Assembly (NCBI GenBank): GCA_965202585.1
Contig: OZ241828.1
Span: 39,742,001-39,806,000 of the forward strand
Source: Thalia democratica
Lineage: Eukaryota
Direction: 5' to 3'
DNA length: 64,000 nt
The notes below the pieces were generated by a model, which saw only the letters and a list, made by a program, of their open reading frames with translations, ran no database searches and had not been told where the DNA came from. Below are positions 61,432 to 64,000 of this stretch, piece by piece. The position numbers and the translations under genes were made by a program. Within the stretch, counting starts at the first letter, position 1; each line of letters starts with the position of its first letter.

Positions 61432-64000
61432 TCATTCGCCGCGGCCAAAGTACGTGTTGATGTTGTTCCTGAAGGCCCTCATGGTGACGGGGGGAGCCGG
61501 CTCGCTGTCCTGCTTGTGCCTCCTGTACCGCTCCTCGCCCTCCTGGAAGTAGCTGATGGTATCCATGTCGAAGCCGCACATTATCTTCCCTTTCTGCGAC
61601 AGTCCGCGGTGGAACCTGTTCAAGTACTTTTTTTACACTGCATGTAATGTTTTTTCTCTGTTGCTTACCTGAGTTTTAATTTTTTCTAGAGAATAAAAAT
61701 TACAAAGTTTTATGATATACAACGTACTTTTTTTTCTATCTTCGTTTTCTGGATATCAGAAAAAGTTAAAAATCACAACAAGATTTCTTAAATAATAGTT
61801 ATGACGAGGTTTCAAAAACGATTACAATCAGAATAGTTTTTAGAAAAACATAGATTATAGTAAATGTTTTATAAATATCATTTAATTAAAAAATTCTAAG
61901 TAAATTATGCTGCATAATTTATAACACCTTTTAAATTTTTCTATTTGATGTTCACAAAAGAACACTTTTCTGACTTTAATTACCAACTATTCAAATGAAT
62001 AAAGCAAAGAGTTTAGTGAATTAGTTATTTAAATAAGAAGTATAATATCAACTGAAAAATAAAATAAGTTATGTCTTACAACTTATTTTAAACTAAAATA
62101 TGCAGTAGACTCATTAAAAACTACAGATTAAATAAAAACACTATTGATGTAAAACTTAGCTTCATATCTATATGAGCTGGGTGCAAAATTATAATTAACA
62201 CTATACTTCACAGATAAAAAAGAGAGACAAAGATTATACTTTCTCTTACTTTATTAAATGTCAAGAATTTTAATTTCTTAAAATTTTATTACAGTATAAC
62301 TATCAAAAACCTTGCCATTTTTGATAGGCAATCTCTTATTTTCTCAAACTTAAAACAGTTTTTTTTTAAATTAGTATCTTATGAGCGTCTTATTTAGGAA
62401 GAAATGAAATTTTAGCAAGGACTTAAAGTGACGGTTCTTACCAAACACCTCGATGTGCATATATACGTACCAACACGACAACTCACCTGTGAGGCACTTC
62501 TTTCAAAGCTTCGATCCAGTTGTTGGTTTTTTTCAGCTTCAGCAGGATGTTCAACACGGTGTCGAGGTTGAGGTCCTTTCTGGCAGTCACCCCGCCGAAG
62601 TTCAAGTACTCCTTCAGCGGCAAGCTCTTCACGGCGATCTTCTCGTTGTAAGCCGTCGTCTTGGTCAGCCACCTCGAGCAAGAAGAATCCACCAGCGCTC
62701 CTGGTAGAACGAAGTTTGATATGGTATAAAAAGCGCGTGCTTCACAATAATAAACCGTTTTATTAAAAGAACATTTATCTTAAATGGTGAAAATTTATAA
62801 CCCGTTGAACTGCGCTAAGTCACAGAGGGATACGTCGTTTTCAAAGTAAAATAAATATTCTAAAATAATGTAATCAATCTTAAATAGTTAAACATTATAC
62901 ATATTTGTAAAAACTATTATTGTAGATTCTCGAAAAACCTATGACGTAGACGCTCCTGGGGTTGAACTCTTCCAAATGTTCGTCGGCGTCAGGGCTGAGG
63001 TAGACGATCTCCTCGGGAGAAACGACCGGGGACAGGTCGAAGTAGGACTTTCTGGTGTACTCGAAAGTTTCGCCCTCCATTCCGTCCGTTTTCTTCACCA
63101 TCGTCAAAAACTGCTTCTCGAACAGCGAGTCTGCAGATATTATGATTCTACTTGTTTAATATTTTCAACAAGTCATTTTGATGGTACTGAAACGCTTGAC
63201 TGCAGAAACGGTGCAACAAAACTTTCAAGCTATAAGAATTAGATATTTTCTAAACTTTTACCGTAAGCTAAATGTTTAAAAAAGTTGGTGTACTTGCAAA
63301 AACTGGCTTTAATTGTTTAAAAGTTAAAAAAAACTTTAATTCAGTCGATTTATAAAGAAAACAATAAAACCTTAATAAAGTGTAACATACTTAAATAACT
63401 ATGCATCATCAGTTACTCCAAATTTTTATAATTTAGGCAAAAATTATATGCAAAATATACAAAAATCTTAAGTTTTAAACCAAAACGTTTAGCTGCAGAA
63501 ATGGTGAAATCAAAACTTTGAGTAATACGCAAAAATGTTTGTTTTATATCATATTTACCATAAACTTATTGTTATACTAATTGGTAAACTCACATAGATA
63601 ACTTCAAATTGATAATAAATAGTTTTTTTTTAACCGAAATATACAAAAACTCATTTTAATTGTATTAAAAACTTAAAACTCACAGTTAAAATAATGCTAC
63701 AAAAAAATTGACATAATTGGCTACTACAAAAAAGTTTTACAATTAAGGCAATCGTACTTACATTATATGCAACATACATGCAAACCATCAAGTTTTTCAA
63801 ACAGCTCAAACGTCACCATCAAACAGTCAAAAAAGAAAAGAAAAGCAACCACCTTGCTGAAGGTTGACGTGGATCATCCTGAACGGGTCGGCCGACGACT
63901 TGTTGATGGTGTGCAGGGACTGGAGCTGGTCGATGACGTTGTGGAACTTGTTCAGCTTCGGGTTGGAGAACCGCATGTCGACTATGAGCGGCTGGCTGAT
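61432..64000 (-). CDS. TRMT10C: TRMT10C / MRPP1-like tRNA m1R9 methyltransferase, 3' exons; gene enters from the right edge
   Basis: Exons 64000-63853, 63130-62939, 62700-62487 join in phase: SQPLIVDM...DPFRMIHVN...IVYLSPDA...VYVIGALVD...LPLKEYL...LNLDTVLNILLKLK..NNWIEAL..VP, the TRM10 SPOUT domain. The QPL.xDM and DPF motifs point to the TRMT10C clade. A further GC3-rich exon (61637-61432) is off by one base as assembled. Confidence 0.85.

Noticed and set aside
61289-61647. ORFs 61289-61579 (-) and 61423-61647 (+), plus similar overlapping ORFs at 62412-62707 and 62976-63242
   Set aside because: Shadow frames of GC3-rich TRMT10C exons, which lack stops in alternative frames.

Overview
A very AT-rich, intron-containing animal genomic window. 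The Penelope-type retroelements, MITE load and gene structures suggest a hydrozoan such as Hydra, but that is an inference. I reconstructed seven genes by hand with phase-consistent exons: a STIL homolog (minus, runs off the left edge), AIMP1 (7 exons, 300 aa), CCDC86 (single exon), an intronless 209-aa orphan with two hydrophobic segments and an internal ~18-aa repeat, a signal-peptide-bearing SOUL/heme-binding protein (4 exons, 211 aa), adenosine deaminase (10 exons, 368 aa) and the 3' part of TRMT10C (minus, enters from the right edge). Non-genic DNA holds four GIY-YIG Penelope-like (PLE) remnants, three minimal type I hammerhead ribozyme motifs, several MITE families and a terminal-inverted-repeat-less 152-bp insertion with a 10-bp target-site duplication (TSD). 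The least explained signals are (1) a ~120-nt element found 9 times, with fixed ends and a multi-stem fold carrying a GNRA loop, and (2) an exon-by-exon mosaic of synonymous GC content (GC3 about 10% to 94%) inside a uniformly AT-rich background. All counts and alignments were done by eye; no database searches were run.
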